From contig NW_003526944.1 in assembly GCF_000181795.1 (NCBI RefSeq), positions 1,330,498 through 1,394,497 of the forward strand: DNA of 64,000 nucleotides, read 5' to 3'. The notes beneath the pieces are model-generated. The model did not search any database, was not told the DNA's origin, and saw nothing but the letters and a program-made list of their open reading frames with translations. This document shows, piece by piece, positions 37,049 to 49,827 of this stretch. Position 1 is the stretch's first letter. Each line of letters begins with the position of its first letter. The position numbers were made by a program, and so were the translations under genes. The DNA comes from Trichinella spiralis. Lineage: Eukaryota.

Positions 37049-38620
37049 AACATCCGTTACATGAACTTCAAATAAATAACCTAGGACATCAAGCGTTCAT
37101 TACACTTAATATTTTCACATATAAAAATTTCAATTTGTATTCTTTTTTCATTAGAGTTGTGTAAAAAAAGTTTAATATTTTCAAAATGAATATATCAGAT
37201 GTTTCATCTACTGTGAAAGTGCTTTCAAAGTTATCACTTTGATTTGGAAACGGTTCAAAATGAAAAATCGTCCATTATATGTGGAAAAGTGCGCTACAGG
37301 TTTTACTTTTACGTCATGGGATAATTTCTTACTTTCCATTTATATGAATGCAAAAAAGAACTAGCAAAAAGTCGATTGCTTGCTAAATGTCATTACAGAT
37401 AAAAATACTTTCAGAATTCACAAAAATCGAAAAAATTACTATGAAAGGTAGCAAAAAGCGCAATGTTTTACAGACAGTGTTAGAAAAGAATAAAAAATAA
37501 AACTAAACAGCAAGTATATAAGAATTCATACCTGACAGCAGGGACGTTGATGATGAGATCTGATGAAGACATATCGCCGTAAAAGTTTCCACAGGTTTGG
37601 GGTTTGGCGTATTTTCTGCAGAACATTCACAACGAATTTGTAGAAGCAACTCATGAATAATCAGCAAACTACCTAGCGCAGTATAGAGAGCGAGTATTTG
37701 ACCCGCTCATAATAAACAGCGCTTTATATATATTTATATAGGAAATCGCTCATGGATTTAAATGGCACAAAGTGCTTTCAGCAGAATGACGTCGGCATAG
37801 TTCACCATCAGATTATTATAAATTTAGTTTGCTGACGTGTAAATGCACATATTTTTGAATGGCGTGACGCTAAGCTAGCATGGCGCCTGAAGACTCAATA
37901 TTATTATACAGTTAGATACTGAGCATGCTCATCTGACAAAATAAATTCATCAATTTTTGAGTTTTCTGATTTAGAAGGTTTTGATGATACATCCATTAAA
38001 AAAATAAAATAAAAAGAAATCTCTGTTAAACTTGACTGAACAGCAAAGTTTATTATGCATAAATTAAACACTAATGAACCATCAGTGGAAGATCACTGAC
38101 TATGACCAAATGAACTTCTTAAAATTTGATTGTTAACTTTCATCGAAATGAAACTAAACACGAATAACGAAGGCCCCAGAACAAAATACGAATTGCATTG
38201 CAAGTAATTGAAATTTTTCGAAAAAAGTTTTCATTGTTCAAAAACAATAAAGGCTGATAATAATGAATTTTACAAAAACTTGGAGAAATAATTTTCCCAG
38301 AAACTGACTGATTTTTACTAGGTAGATTGAATATTGACCGGGAAATATTAAGAACATAGAACTTCCTGTTATGAATATAGTTCGATGCAAAATTCAATGC
38401 ACATGTCCATATATCTACACCAAAAGAATCTCTCAAGATGTGCAAAATGTTTCTATTTTCATTGTAACAGTTATTACAATAGCACACATATCAACTGAAA
38501 TTTTATTAATATTTGAAAATAAATAAATTCAGAATAAATAGATTTTGAACAGCAATTGTTCGAATGCCTGATCGATGTCTATCCAGACACAATCATCATA
38601 ATAAATAATATTCTGATTTT
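37049..38620. repeat. Near-identical duplicate of 35062-36610 (probably uncollapsed contig overlap or haplotype)
   Basis: The sequence restarts at aacatccgtt immediately after the gap and matches the preceding 1.55 kb except for a few substitutions and indels. Confidence 0.95.
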
Positions 38621-41272
38621 ATTGTTACCTCATTATTATGAGATCGGCAAAGCATATATATAGTCTAGAGATGTTTTCTCCTATTCAGTGAAGAAGCTGT
38701 CTTCAATGTTTTGCGCCGTTGAATTTCATCATCTAAATCAAATAAACGCTGCACTACAAAAAATATCTGGATCAGTTCGTAGAAGACAAATTATCTGATC
38801 AAAAAGTATACAATGATTATGTATATTTATTGTTCTTTCATAAGAGATTTTTCCAAAAGCATTGTTTGAAGTTCGCCTTTGTTTGAAAATATTCTTCATG
38901 CACTTCAGTCAATCTTTCGACATAACAAATTACATTTATTCGATTGAAACAGCGCATTATTACAATAACAATCAATAAGTTACTTACCCAAGAAAATATT
39001 CTTTTGCCGTGCTGCATTCCACTGCTCATCATTATTATTACATTCAGATTTTTCCGATCATAATCCTATCAGACCGTGCTTCTTCATTCAGCAAAATTTT
39101 CATGTCAGTGCGTTGTTTGCTTCAGAAAAAATGAAACATCTAGAATGAAACAAAATGCTTCCATCAATTCAACGGTCAGTGCCTGAAAAAGCAATTAATC
39201 CATTTTGTATATCTACAAAGCACGTCTATCTGATAGCTGAAAATTAAGATAAACAGGAAAGTGGAAAAAAAATCAAAAGGCGCTGTCATTTAAAAGTTTT
39301 TGAACTGCTACTATCTGTATCTTTGTTCAAATAATCTGATAACAAATGAATACTATTAGTTCTTTTTGGCAACGTAATCAATGGGAATTCTTTCCTATCA
39401 AGAAATGATACATCTGATTGTACATGCTAATGCACGTAATGCAACCTTCAGGTCTAATAAAAGAATGCTCCCATTGATTAAAAAACACGTCATCACTTTG
39501 CGCTTTTGTGAAGCAGCAATTTTAATAATTATACTATCGTCATAATTATTATTATACTATCATATTATCGTGAGCATGATGCACCCCACAGATATGAGAT
39601 GAATTTCTGATCTGATTTAGGACGCATCCCGAAAGCTTGAATATTGGTTAGATCTGTCATGCTCACGTTTTAAAAGCAATCTTTAAATTCCTTTCCTGTG
39701 AAATTCAAGCCACTTACTAACGGGATGTAGTGTTTGTGACCAGCAATGGATGACTTCTGTGCTTCCATTCCATTGTACAGTTGTAATACTAAATTTGTTT
39801 CTCATACAAATAGGACTATGAACAAGCCTTAACAAATTACGTTTGTGCATTAAGTAGTTTATTTTGAAATTCACAATCATGTTAACTGCTTTTAAAATGA
39901 GTTCTTAAATGTTTTGCTTTAAATATTCTGAACATTTTATGTTTGGAAAATGTGCTGTTTTTTCTCTTGTATGCATTGGTCTTCCTTGTCTGTCCTCTGC
40001 ACTGCAAAATCAGTAATATAATTTATAATGATCAAACAATTTTTAAGCTGTTGAAAAAACATCAAAGACTGAAAATACTTTCAAATATGTTAACTGTAAT
40101 AAATTAAGGAAAGTTGTTTAGATTTATGAATGTTATCAAAACATATATTGCACATGCTATTATCACAGGATCAAATTTCTTCAATTTTAAAAATAATTGT
40201 ACGTAAAAAGTTTCTTTTAATACAGTTTCCTGAAAATTTGACGAATGAATATAATTGAAAATTGAAATATATCTAGTAAATATTGGTATTTACACAACAT
40301 ATTTATATTGTTCTAGGAGAAATATTTTTCAATCTATTACAGTTTTATGTATTGACAATTTTATACTTTTGACCGCAGTAAAAATAGACAACTCAGATGG
40401 CAATCACACAGATTTTCATTTATCAATCAAAATTTGAATATTACTTGCTGTTTGATTTTGCAATTTTCTTAATTTTGTACAATACTTCGCAAAATAAGTG
40501 GTAAGGATAAGATATTTTTTTCGAAAACTATCCAACGTTGCGCAGTATATGCAACGAATTCAAGTGCAATTTAGAAAATGGATTATTTCTGATTCGATTT
40601 TAAAATGTATGGCCCACTGAAGCAGCACATTATTACAAAATAACTTTAAAGAAATTTGCAATGCAAACAATTATATTTAAATGGTATGCATGTACACATT
40701 AAAAAAATAATACGCACTTAACTTTAAAAATTTTTTTTTTGATTTGAAACATTACAAAATTACACCAATACAATTTAAACGAGATGAATGTGGAGGATAA
40801 TTTCATTAAACTTTCCAAAAATACACGCGTAATAAAATGTATAATTTGAACAGAACCAAGTAGAAATTCTCTACTGTAGAAATAAATATGAGCAATCAAT
40901 ACAAAAGGTTATTCGCCTCTTTTACTTAAAATGAGTGTAATGGGAGGTAGAGTTCGCTTTTGATGATAAAGGCTGATGACCTCTAATTGATGATGCCTGT
41001 TTACGTTGCGTAATTTGCCTCATGAGCTTTTATGCATAATAAACAGCTCCACAAGGACAAATCTGTGTGCCACAACTGTGACGTTGGGCGTACCAGTGAC
41101 AATCTAATTGTCATCTGGTCGTTCACGTCTATTTTATTTTTTTCCAAATATATTTGTCTTTTCCTTACTCTTGCTATTAATAAGTGGTAAAATTTGCTTA
41201 TTAAAACTGAATATCAAATTCTGAATAAATTTCATACAACGCTACTTCTGTTGTGCATCAAACAATTCTCGT

Positions 41273-44179
41273 ATGGCCACATATAGTACATTTGGTCTTT
41301 TTTTCGTTGTATTTTTGTCATGTTTAAATACGGCAAAGTGTAAGTAATGATATTACAATTATAACTATTATATGAATAATTGTTCTCCACTGATATTGAC
41401 AATGTTTTTCATGAAACTTATATTCCTATAAGCAGATTTCATTTTCAATGAGCAAATCGTGTTCAGTAACAGCAGTTGTAATAATTAATAAATTACAAAT
41501 CATGTACATTTGGATGCAACATGAATTTAACCAACTTCAGTAGACGTTAAAGACTAATTTTAATCTTCCGCAGCTGTTGGTTGCATCACTTCTTTGGCCA
41601 TAAATTTTCATAAATAAAGTTACAACAATAAAGCAAACAATAAAAATGCTACCAAATAAATATCTTAAAATTTGAAAAAAAAAGAATTCAGATTATAGTT
41701 AGTTTTATTACGGATTAAATTGGTTACTTACTGAAAAATTAAAATAATTCAATGCTACTGAATTTACAATATGATAATTGATGATGATGAATGATTTACT
41801 TTAGCTTATGAATGCCGGGGCAAAAGCATCTTCGTAATAAATGGAGGCACATACAGTAGTGGAGCAATATTGAGAATAAGTGCAGCTAATTCACTCGATG
41901 ACTGCATACATTTATGCAACAGTATGGCTAATCAGTGCCGAGCGATTAGTTTAACACATCAAAATACAAATCGACCTCCGCTGTGCACACTTTTCGAAGC
42001 ACTTAACAAAGACTACCCGTGGAATGAACAAATGAACAGAAATTCAAGCTCTCTTTATTCTGCCGAAAAGCTTTGCTTGCCAATTCGTCAAACAAGTTAA
42101 TATTGAATTGAAACAAAATATCTTGTGAATATGAATTACGATGACGATATGTTTGTGTATTTTCTAGCAAACGCATTCGCTGATTGTGAAGGCAGTTGGC
42201 ATTTTCAACGAATAGCCAACAAGCAAGCCATCGGCTCATCACTGTTCAACATCAACATGCTAACTGGATATTCTGCGGAAGAATGCCTAGCCGAATGTAT
42301 AAAGTTGAATCACATCTGCAGAGCGGTTCAATACCACAAACCGACCAAACAGTGCTCTCTGCTTTCGATCAACCACCAAGTGGTGCACAAAGCAAATCGT
42401 TTTTTCACCGATGCCCATCAAACGACCATTTATGAAAATAGCTGCTTCAAGCCAGGCAAATGTTGCACTTGTAAATTTTGCATATTCATTATTGTTTTGT
42501 TATTTTAAATTTCAGGAGTTCCACGAAATCGAGTGACTTGTCAATTTGAAGAAACAACTCACTATGGAATTCCAATTTTGTACGACGAACGAACACCAAA
42601 CATAGAAAGCACTGAACAATGCAAAAAGCTTTGCTTAACTTCGAAAAAACATCTATGCTCTGCTTACATGTTCAATCCGAGACTGAAAGTTTGTCACTTG
42701 AGCCATACTGGAGTGGATTTAGAACCGCAACAACAACAACAACAGTTGTTCCATCACACAAATGTTTATGATAATGTAGTGTTGGGTCGTTTGGAGAATT
42801 GCATCGAACGTGAGCATCAATTTTGCAGTTGGATAAATTGAATTTCAAATTTTAAATTTTAGTAAAAATGACTTGCAAATTAAAGTCGATGCACATTTAC
42901 ATGACAAGTTTGAAAATGATCGACGAAGGCAAGCTGTACTCGTTGCAAGAGTCCAACAAGAACAGTAAAACAACGTTGAGAAATTCTTGGACCGCGTCCT
43001 TAGAAATACCCTACGAAAAATGCGCCACAGACAACAACGATTCGGTTAGCTGGAATAAACTGCACAAATAAAAGTCAACATATCACGTGAATAAAATATT
43101 CCTACTATTTCAGCAAAGCAAAACTTATCAGAACATGGTCGCGTTCAGCAGAACCTACGAAACAGGGGAAAATCACAAATACGACCGAAGAGTGAATTTG
43201 ATGTGCAAATCCAACGCACAAGAGGAAAATTCAAAATTGAACGTCAAACTACGCGTACTGGCGCCGCCCAATCCACTGTCAGATAGAGATTTTCCTTTTT
43301 CTTTACAAATTATATTTTAATGTTCATTTTTTTCGTTCAGAAATGATCAGAAAATTTTCAACATCAAAGGAAAAAATGTGAATGAAAATACGCATCCGTT
43401 CAAACTTACCATCGTTGACAAAAATTACAGACCAGTAAAGAACGTTCAAGCTGGTGACACTGGATATCTGGAGGTGGAATACAATTCTGACGGGGGTGAT
43501 TTTGGAAAAATACGAATTTGTCAAATTGTGAATAAAACTTTTCACCAATTCTAGCTCACCGAATTCCGGACGACTTTCGCATTGTCGACTTCATCGCAAC
43601 TGACCTGCGGGAAGGCAACGATCTAATTCTCTTCAACCAACACGGGTAAAGCAAACAAGCAAAAGCAAATATAGGAAAGATAATTATGCAAAATATACAT
43701 TTCAGATGCAACATTCAACCGAGTCTCGTGGGCAAATTTGTCCCCGTCAACAAGCAAACGAAAAGATCAAGAATAGTATTTTTCGCTTTTCCTGAAACGA
43801 AACGCGTTTATTACAAAGGACACGTCGAAGCTTGTTACGAAAACTGCAACCAGTGGGTTAGTGGACAAAACATAATTAACATATATATCTATATTCTTGG
43901 TAATGTAGCACGAGAGTCGATTGTTCATGTTGCAGGAAAACGATTGCCGACACAACAACGAGCAGAAGACAAATTCGTCCAGAAAAGAGAAACGAGACGT
44001 TGAAATTTTCAAAATAAGCTCTTCAGCTGAAAATGCGAACTACTCAACATCCGGTATGGCAAAGCGATTGCAACATTAAATTTGCCAAAAAAAATATAAG
44101 AAAAATTATACACCTACCAAGGGTTCTGTACTTGGTTTTCTTTTAAATTACAGTAAACACACGAAGAACCAAGAACTGA
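41273..44179 (+). CDS. Secreted PAN/apple (x3) + ZP-domain cuticle/apical ECM protein (3' end uncertain)
   Basis: Signal peptide MATYSTFGLFFVVFLSCL. PAN motifs SLDDCIHLC..CRAI, SAEECLAEC..CRAVQY..QCSL and STEQCKKLC..CSAYMF..VCHLS. ZP-C features LFNQHGC..FFAFPETKRVYYKGHVEACYENC and a furin-like RKEKR. Confidence 0.85.
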
Positions 44180-45015
44180 TTCTGAAGTCGAATTAATCCG
44201 ATTTGTAAATAAAAAAAACAATAAAATTAAAATAAATAAACTAGACTTTTCTTTGATCATCATTATCATTATCATCATCAGTGTCGTCGTTGAAGAGGCA
44301 ACCTCCCAACAAAGTTCAGTCGGTCCATTAATCGGGTCCAATTGAAACAATACCAATTATCACGATGGTAAAGTTTCATTGAATAAAAAGCTTCATTGAA
44401 TTAAATTAAATTAACGAGTGATTGATTGAACGGTGATGTAAAACACGACAGAATACATGATTGGATAGTTTGAAAAAGAAAATAAATCGGCAACAAGCCA
44501 CCTGTCAGGTTGTGCATTGAATTGACTACGGACATCCGGCGTGCAGGCCGGCGGTTTCAATAATATGCTGGTTATGTGTAATTAGCTGCCCGAGGTGACC
44601 GGCGCCGGCCATACGGCACCTGGTCAGCGTGATAATCGTTCACCTGATGGCCAGGCGCTTCAACTAACCGCCAAACGGAGAGAAAAAAGCCCACTGTTGC
44701 TTCATAATCAATTTCCTGCGTTGTGCTTGTCGTGCAGTCGGCTCAAAAATCAAACTGGCTATTTACTGTTTAAAGCAAACAACAACAACAACAACAAGAA
44801 AACAATATCGAATAACGTAAGAAAACAGCAAAGCAAAGAAGAAGAAGAAGACAGAAATTTGAAAATCTCTTCATTCAATTGAAATTATAACTTTGCATAT
44901 TATGTAAGAAAAAATTTTTTTAATCCAACAAAATATGCAATGTTTTTTTACTTATGTTTTCAGCCAAAAAAATTCAGCTTTTGATAAAGTATTGTTGTAT
45001 TTTACCGAGTTTGAA

Positions 45016-47275
45016 ATGCTTACTTGTACATCTGCACTGTTGTTTTTGTGTACTTTTGTTAGCGTTACCTGGACAACCACACCAAGCGGATTCGGTAAGC
45101 AAACCTTCTTATTGTATTATATATAATCTTCTTTGAATAAAAAAAACCATTGATCGAACCAAACATTGATCAAATAATAATGCATTTTTATCTGATGAGA
45201 AAACAGCACATTTTGATGAAAAAAAGCCTCTTCAAATCTACTGAAGCATTTGTGGAAAAGCAACTGCACACTAATGATAAAAGCACAGAAATGATTATTT
45301 TTAAATTTCAATACAATCGTTCTCTATTGAACTGTATGCGCAATAAATACTCTGCTGATAATTTGTTTCTTTGATTAATATATTATTTCATCACGTTTTA
45401 CTTTCAACCAATATATTTGTATTTTTCAGTTGAAGAAGTGTCGTGCAATTCACGTTCCATGATTGTTGTGCTAAACAAATCCGATCCTGATGTAATTCAA
45501 TGGCGTCGAGATTCAGCTGCACGCCCAGTAGTGTATGTCTATGGGCACAAAGAACGTACACCTTGTGGTCTTTTCCTAAAATCACCAGACAACAGCACCT
45601 ATCATCTCAACTTTACCATACCCTACGGTCCTGTATGTTCTGTTCAACTGACGGATTTGGTAATCATACTTATAATCATTATTATTATTATGATTATTAA
45701 TGATCTTGATTTATTTAGGAACCGAATCATCAAACTGCCGAAACAAGCATTGCAATTGAAGATCATGCATCATTCGCACATTCGAAACCAATCCGCATAC
45801 ATCACGTTTTTTGCATCTACACAAAGCGTGTTGAAGCTATACGCATGAGTGACGTAGCAAAGTGAGTTTGAAAAATAATTGCACTCTAGACAGATGTGAC
45901 AAAAATTTTCACGCTTTCTGACCTTGATAAACTTACATATATCAAGGTTGAACTCACTTGCAATCTGCTTCATTGTTAATTAATAGAAATAATGTTGTTG
46001 TTGTTGTTGTCGTTGTTGTTATTTTCATTAATAAAAAAATAATTTTTTTTTATTATATGAAAATTTCAGTGGTCACGAAGTGATCGCCAGTACTGGAGGA
46101 AAACCGAAACCAAAAGTACAACTGCTGTTCCGAGACCCGTCTGGAAAACCAATGCGTGCTGCACGTTTCGGCGATCAAGTTGGCCTCTATCTGATGTTGG
46201 ATCCGGACAGTAATTGAAATTAATATATTAAAAAAAAAACTTTTCAAAAAAAAACAACAACTAATACAAACATACTTTTCAGACGCTTACAAAGCGATCA
46301 ATCCAAAGCATTGCGTTTTTTCCGACAGGGATCGCATGGAAGAGCCTGACGCGAAAACACTCACATTCATCCAATCTGAGTAAGAGAAGAAAAAAGCCAC
46401 CAATTCCACATATTATTCATTTTCAATAATTCATTATTCCACTACAGTTGTCCCGTGGACGAGCTTGGAGAAATTGTGGAACCTGTGAAAGATGTCAACG
46501 AAGAAATTTATTACACGAAATTTCAAGCGTTCCGCTTCGGTGAAAAGCCGACCGTCTACGCGCATTGTACCGTCGAAGTTTGCCTTGAACAAGAATCTTG
46601 TGCAAAAGTATCTTATTGAAAACATCACATCACATCACATCACACACACAGATCAGTTGAATATTTTTCATGCATGATTTTTCTTATTCCCTTTCAGACA
46701 TGCTTTCCAAAAGTGAAAAACAAATCCATAACACCGGAAATTCTTCGACATCGTCTACGTCGGAGCAACTATCCTCGCGGTCAACGCCGAATACGCGGCT
46801 TGAATTTGGAAAAAGCCGAATCAAACCAACAAGTAGCCGTCAGCAGTTACTTAACAGTTCTGGACGAAATACAAACATCCGAAGGTAATTTTTCTCTTCT
46901 TCTCCATCATCTTTTCTGTACAATCAACTCTGTGTACGTACAGTGATCGCCGAACCACCGCCCGGATTCGAAGACTGCCAATCGCCGCCTAATGCTTACT
47001 TTTTATTCTTGATCTCTGTCGGCTTTTTCACAGTTTTATTTCTGTTCATGGGCGCGGCTGTCATTTACCTGCTATTCAAACTGCGTGCCAACAAATCGAA
47101 AGATCAATTTGGTCATCTGCCGTTTAGTCAACTCTCTGCCCCTTCGGTTGGCACCATTTCCAGAGGTACGCCAAGCCCCCTTTGGACAGATCGTTATAAG
47201 CAAAAAAGTTCCAGCTCGCTCGCGTTGAACCGACCAGCGGAAATAATGATCCCCAGAATCAACGCTTATCTTTGA
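45016..47275 (+). CDS. dyf-7: DYF-7-like ZP-domain transmembrane protein
   Basis: Signal peptide, then VYVYGHK..C..LNFTIPYG, GHEVIASTGGKPKPKVQLLFR, PKHCVFSDR..PDAKTLTF..CPV and YTKFQAFRFG..TVYAHC.VEVCL, which match my recollection of C. elegans DYF-7. Furin-like site RHRLRR, TM helix at ~46995-47080, TGA at 47275. Confidence 0.85.
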
Positions 47276-48160
47276 ATGGACACTTGAAAAGATTAATTTT
47301 CATTAAAAGATAAAAAAATAGAAAACAGTCTCGCTTCACGCGTTCACATCAAGTCCAACAACAAACGGTGCTTCTACAACAACCAACCAAACAAAAACAA
47401 AGTAAAACTAACCCCCCCCCCATCCCCTCCCTCTCTCTTGCAATGCAAGTGGAAACTGTTCAAAATATTATCTGTGCAAGAAAATAAATGCATCTATCAC
47501 TTCAACAGACTTATCCTTTTTAATTTTGATCATTTATTAATATGTGCAGTGTTCAGATTAAAATACAATTAATTGATTGTGCAACATGAATGTTATTAAA
47601 TTTGTGCAATGTCGTTGAAATGTAAAAGAAAAATATCAACTATAATTGAAAATACTAATTGAAGTATAATTTCAAGATTTTCAAGTTCAAAAAACAACAA
47701 ACACTTACTGTAGAAAAGGACGACAACAACAGTGACAATGACGAGAAGCTCCATATCAAGGTTACAGGTTGAATAAATAAATTCCACAATTGTCGATTAA
47801 ACGAAGCGCACAAATGTTTGTTGTCATTTATTAAAAGTGTAAAAATTTTTGCAGTTGCACAACAAATGAAAGTAAAATTTCAGCAAATGTTTAAAAATGA
47901 AATAACGATAATAAAAGCGCAAATGCGCTTCAATGTGAGACCGGATGTTTGTGAAAACGACCCTAAAGAAAAAAGTTCCAGAAACTTGCACACAAATGCA
48001 AGAAAAATGAAATTATAAAGAAAATAAAATTAATATACATATACATTACGATAATGATTATTGGTGAAGAAGGAAGAAGATGAGGGGGAGGGGAGGGAGG
48101 GGAGGGGAAGGGAAGAAGAAGAGCAGAGAAAGAAGAGCAGTGGAAAAACGTTGTACAAAA

Positions 48161-49827
48161 TCAGTCATTAAATACCCACCAATTCTTCTCATTTCCTTCT
48201 TGGCAATGATTTAACAATGCTTTTCGTCGATTCTCACAGTATCTTCAGATTTTCAAAAGAAAATCAGGAAAAGAAAAAGCAACAATTAAATTACACAAAA
48301 AAAGAATAAATAAATGAGTAAACAAAATATTCTATATGTGAACAAGAGAAAAAATAATAAAGAATTGAACAATTACCTGTATTTGTCTTGGACCAATTGT
48401 TTGAGTGAAGAGAAATTTGTCGAAGCGAGGTCTTGTTCCAAAAATTCGCTCAACTGTTCAGTGGCGAGTTCCAAATCGTTCTGATTGTCTTCAAATATGA
48501 TCGATTGGTTGTTTTTTTCTAAATAAAATGCAAAAGCATAGGTGTGCTTCAATGTGCGTCGGCAGTCGCAGAGTACGTCGACCGCCTTGCGCAAAAATTG
48601 CACCTCCACCCAGGACATGTTCTGCATTTGCATTTCGTTCATTTTCACTTTTACCGAATTGTACAACTTTTTCTCCAATTTCAAACTGAGCGTATGATTG
48701 CTGAAACGCTTGTAAAAGTGGACGTAGCGTTGCAAATCGGACCGGGATATTTCTTGGGCGTTCCGGGCCGCCTTGGCCGCCTCGTCGTCGTAACGGTTGC
48801 AAGAGTACCAAGAAGAGCCGTGCGGTTCCCAAGGTCCCAGACAAACCCAGCAGAATTCATTTTTGCAGCACACATTCCGGCAGGTCATGTGATTACAGCC
48901 GCCGTCTTTGTGTATCACGACGTGGCATTTCGGGCATTCTTTGGTGTTGGCTGCCAGCCAATTGGAAGTTTCGTTGTCGTCTGTGCACTTTTTCAACCAT
49001 TTGGCAAGCATCTCGCAACTGATCGGATCGTGCCATTCTTCGCCACAGTCGAAGCAGAACAAATATCCACATTTGCACTTCACCTTCCTGACGTCGAGGT
49101 TGAAAACCCGGATCACGTATTCGCAGTTCGGGGCGGGACACCAGCGGAACGTCCGGCTGCATTCGATGAACGTTTTCACGATCAAATAATTGTACCTAGC
49201 CCTGACGCGCTCTTCGCGCACCAGCTTCATGATCGTGCTGTCGTCGACCAGTACGTTGCACGGAAATCCCGCGCATTTTATTCCCTGACTGACACCCTCA
49301 TCCATAATTTTCGAAGTCAAATACTGTGTCCAACAGCGAGTACAGTAGAAATGTTTGCACTGTAAACCGATCATGCCAAAGTAAGTGAAAGTGTGCAAGC
49401 AAATTTCGCACATCAGCTTGTCCGAACTACCGGTGGTCACTGATGTTCCAGGCTTGTCCGACTTCGGGGTGTCGGTTACCCTTGGATCCGCAATGCCAGC
49501 TTCTTCGAACAGTTTGTGCGGGTCAGGAGAGTCGTAAAAGCGTTCCATCAATTTCTCCTTGTCCCAGTGAAAATGATTCAACAACATTCGAATGGTCACT
49601 TCCGGCAGCTGCAGTATAGAAGTAATCTGGCGCACTATGCTCTGCATGTAGTTCGACACATCACCGGTTGTCAACACTTCCAACTGCTGATATTCCTCTT
49701 CTCGACTGTCATTCGCATTATCAGCAACTGGCATCACAAAATCATCACTGTCATCACTGCCATTTGAATTGCCATCATTTTCACTTTCCCAGTACTGTTC
49801 AATATCGCTTTCACTATCGCCTTCCAT
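48161..49827 (-). CDS. ari-1: Ariadne-1 (ARIH1) RBR E3 ubiquitin ligase
   Basis: Acidic N-terminus, LLNHFHWDKEKLMERFY, RING1 CEIC..CKHFYC..CW, IBR WCPAPNC..CKCG..FCFDC..WHDPISC, RING2 TKECPKC..KDGGCNHMTC and an Ariadne domain. One coding intron (~48246-48377); last exon YCENRRKALL..WWVFND*. An upstream in-frame ATG exists at 49872. Confidence 0.96.

Noticed and set aside
36153..38487. Duplicated 110/115-aa ORFs as a gene pair
   Set aside because: Non-ATG start, AT-rich, no domain; the duplication is probably an assembly artefact and the frame is not kept in the homologous 16560-16760 segment.
48544..49365. 273-aa plus-strand ORF
   Set aside because: Antisense shadow of the GC-rich Ariadne exon.
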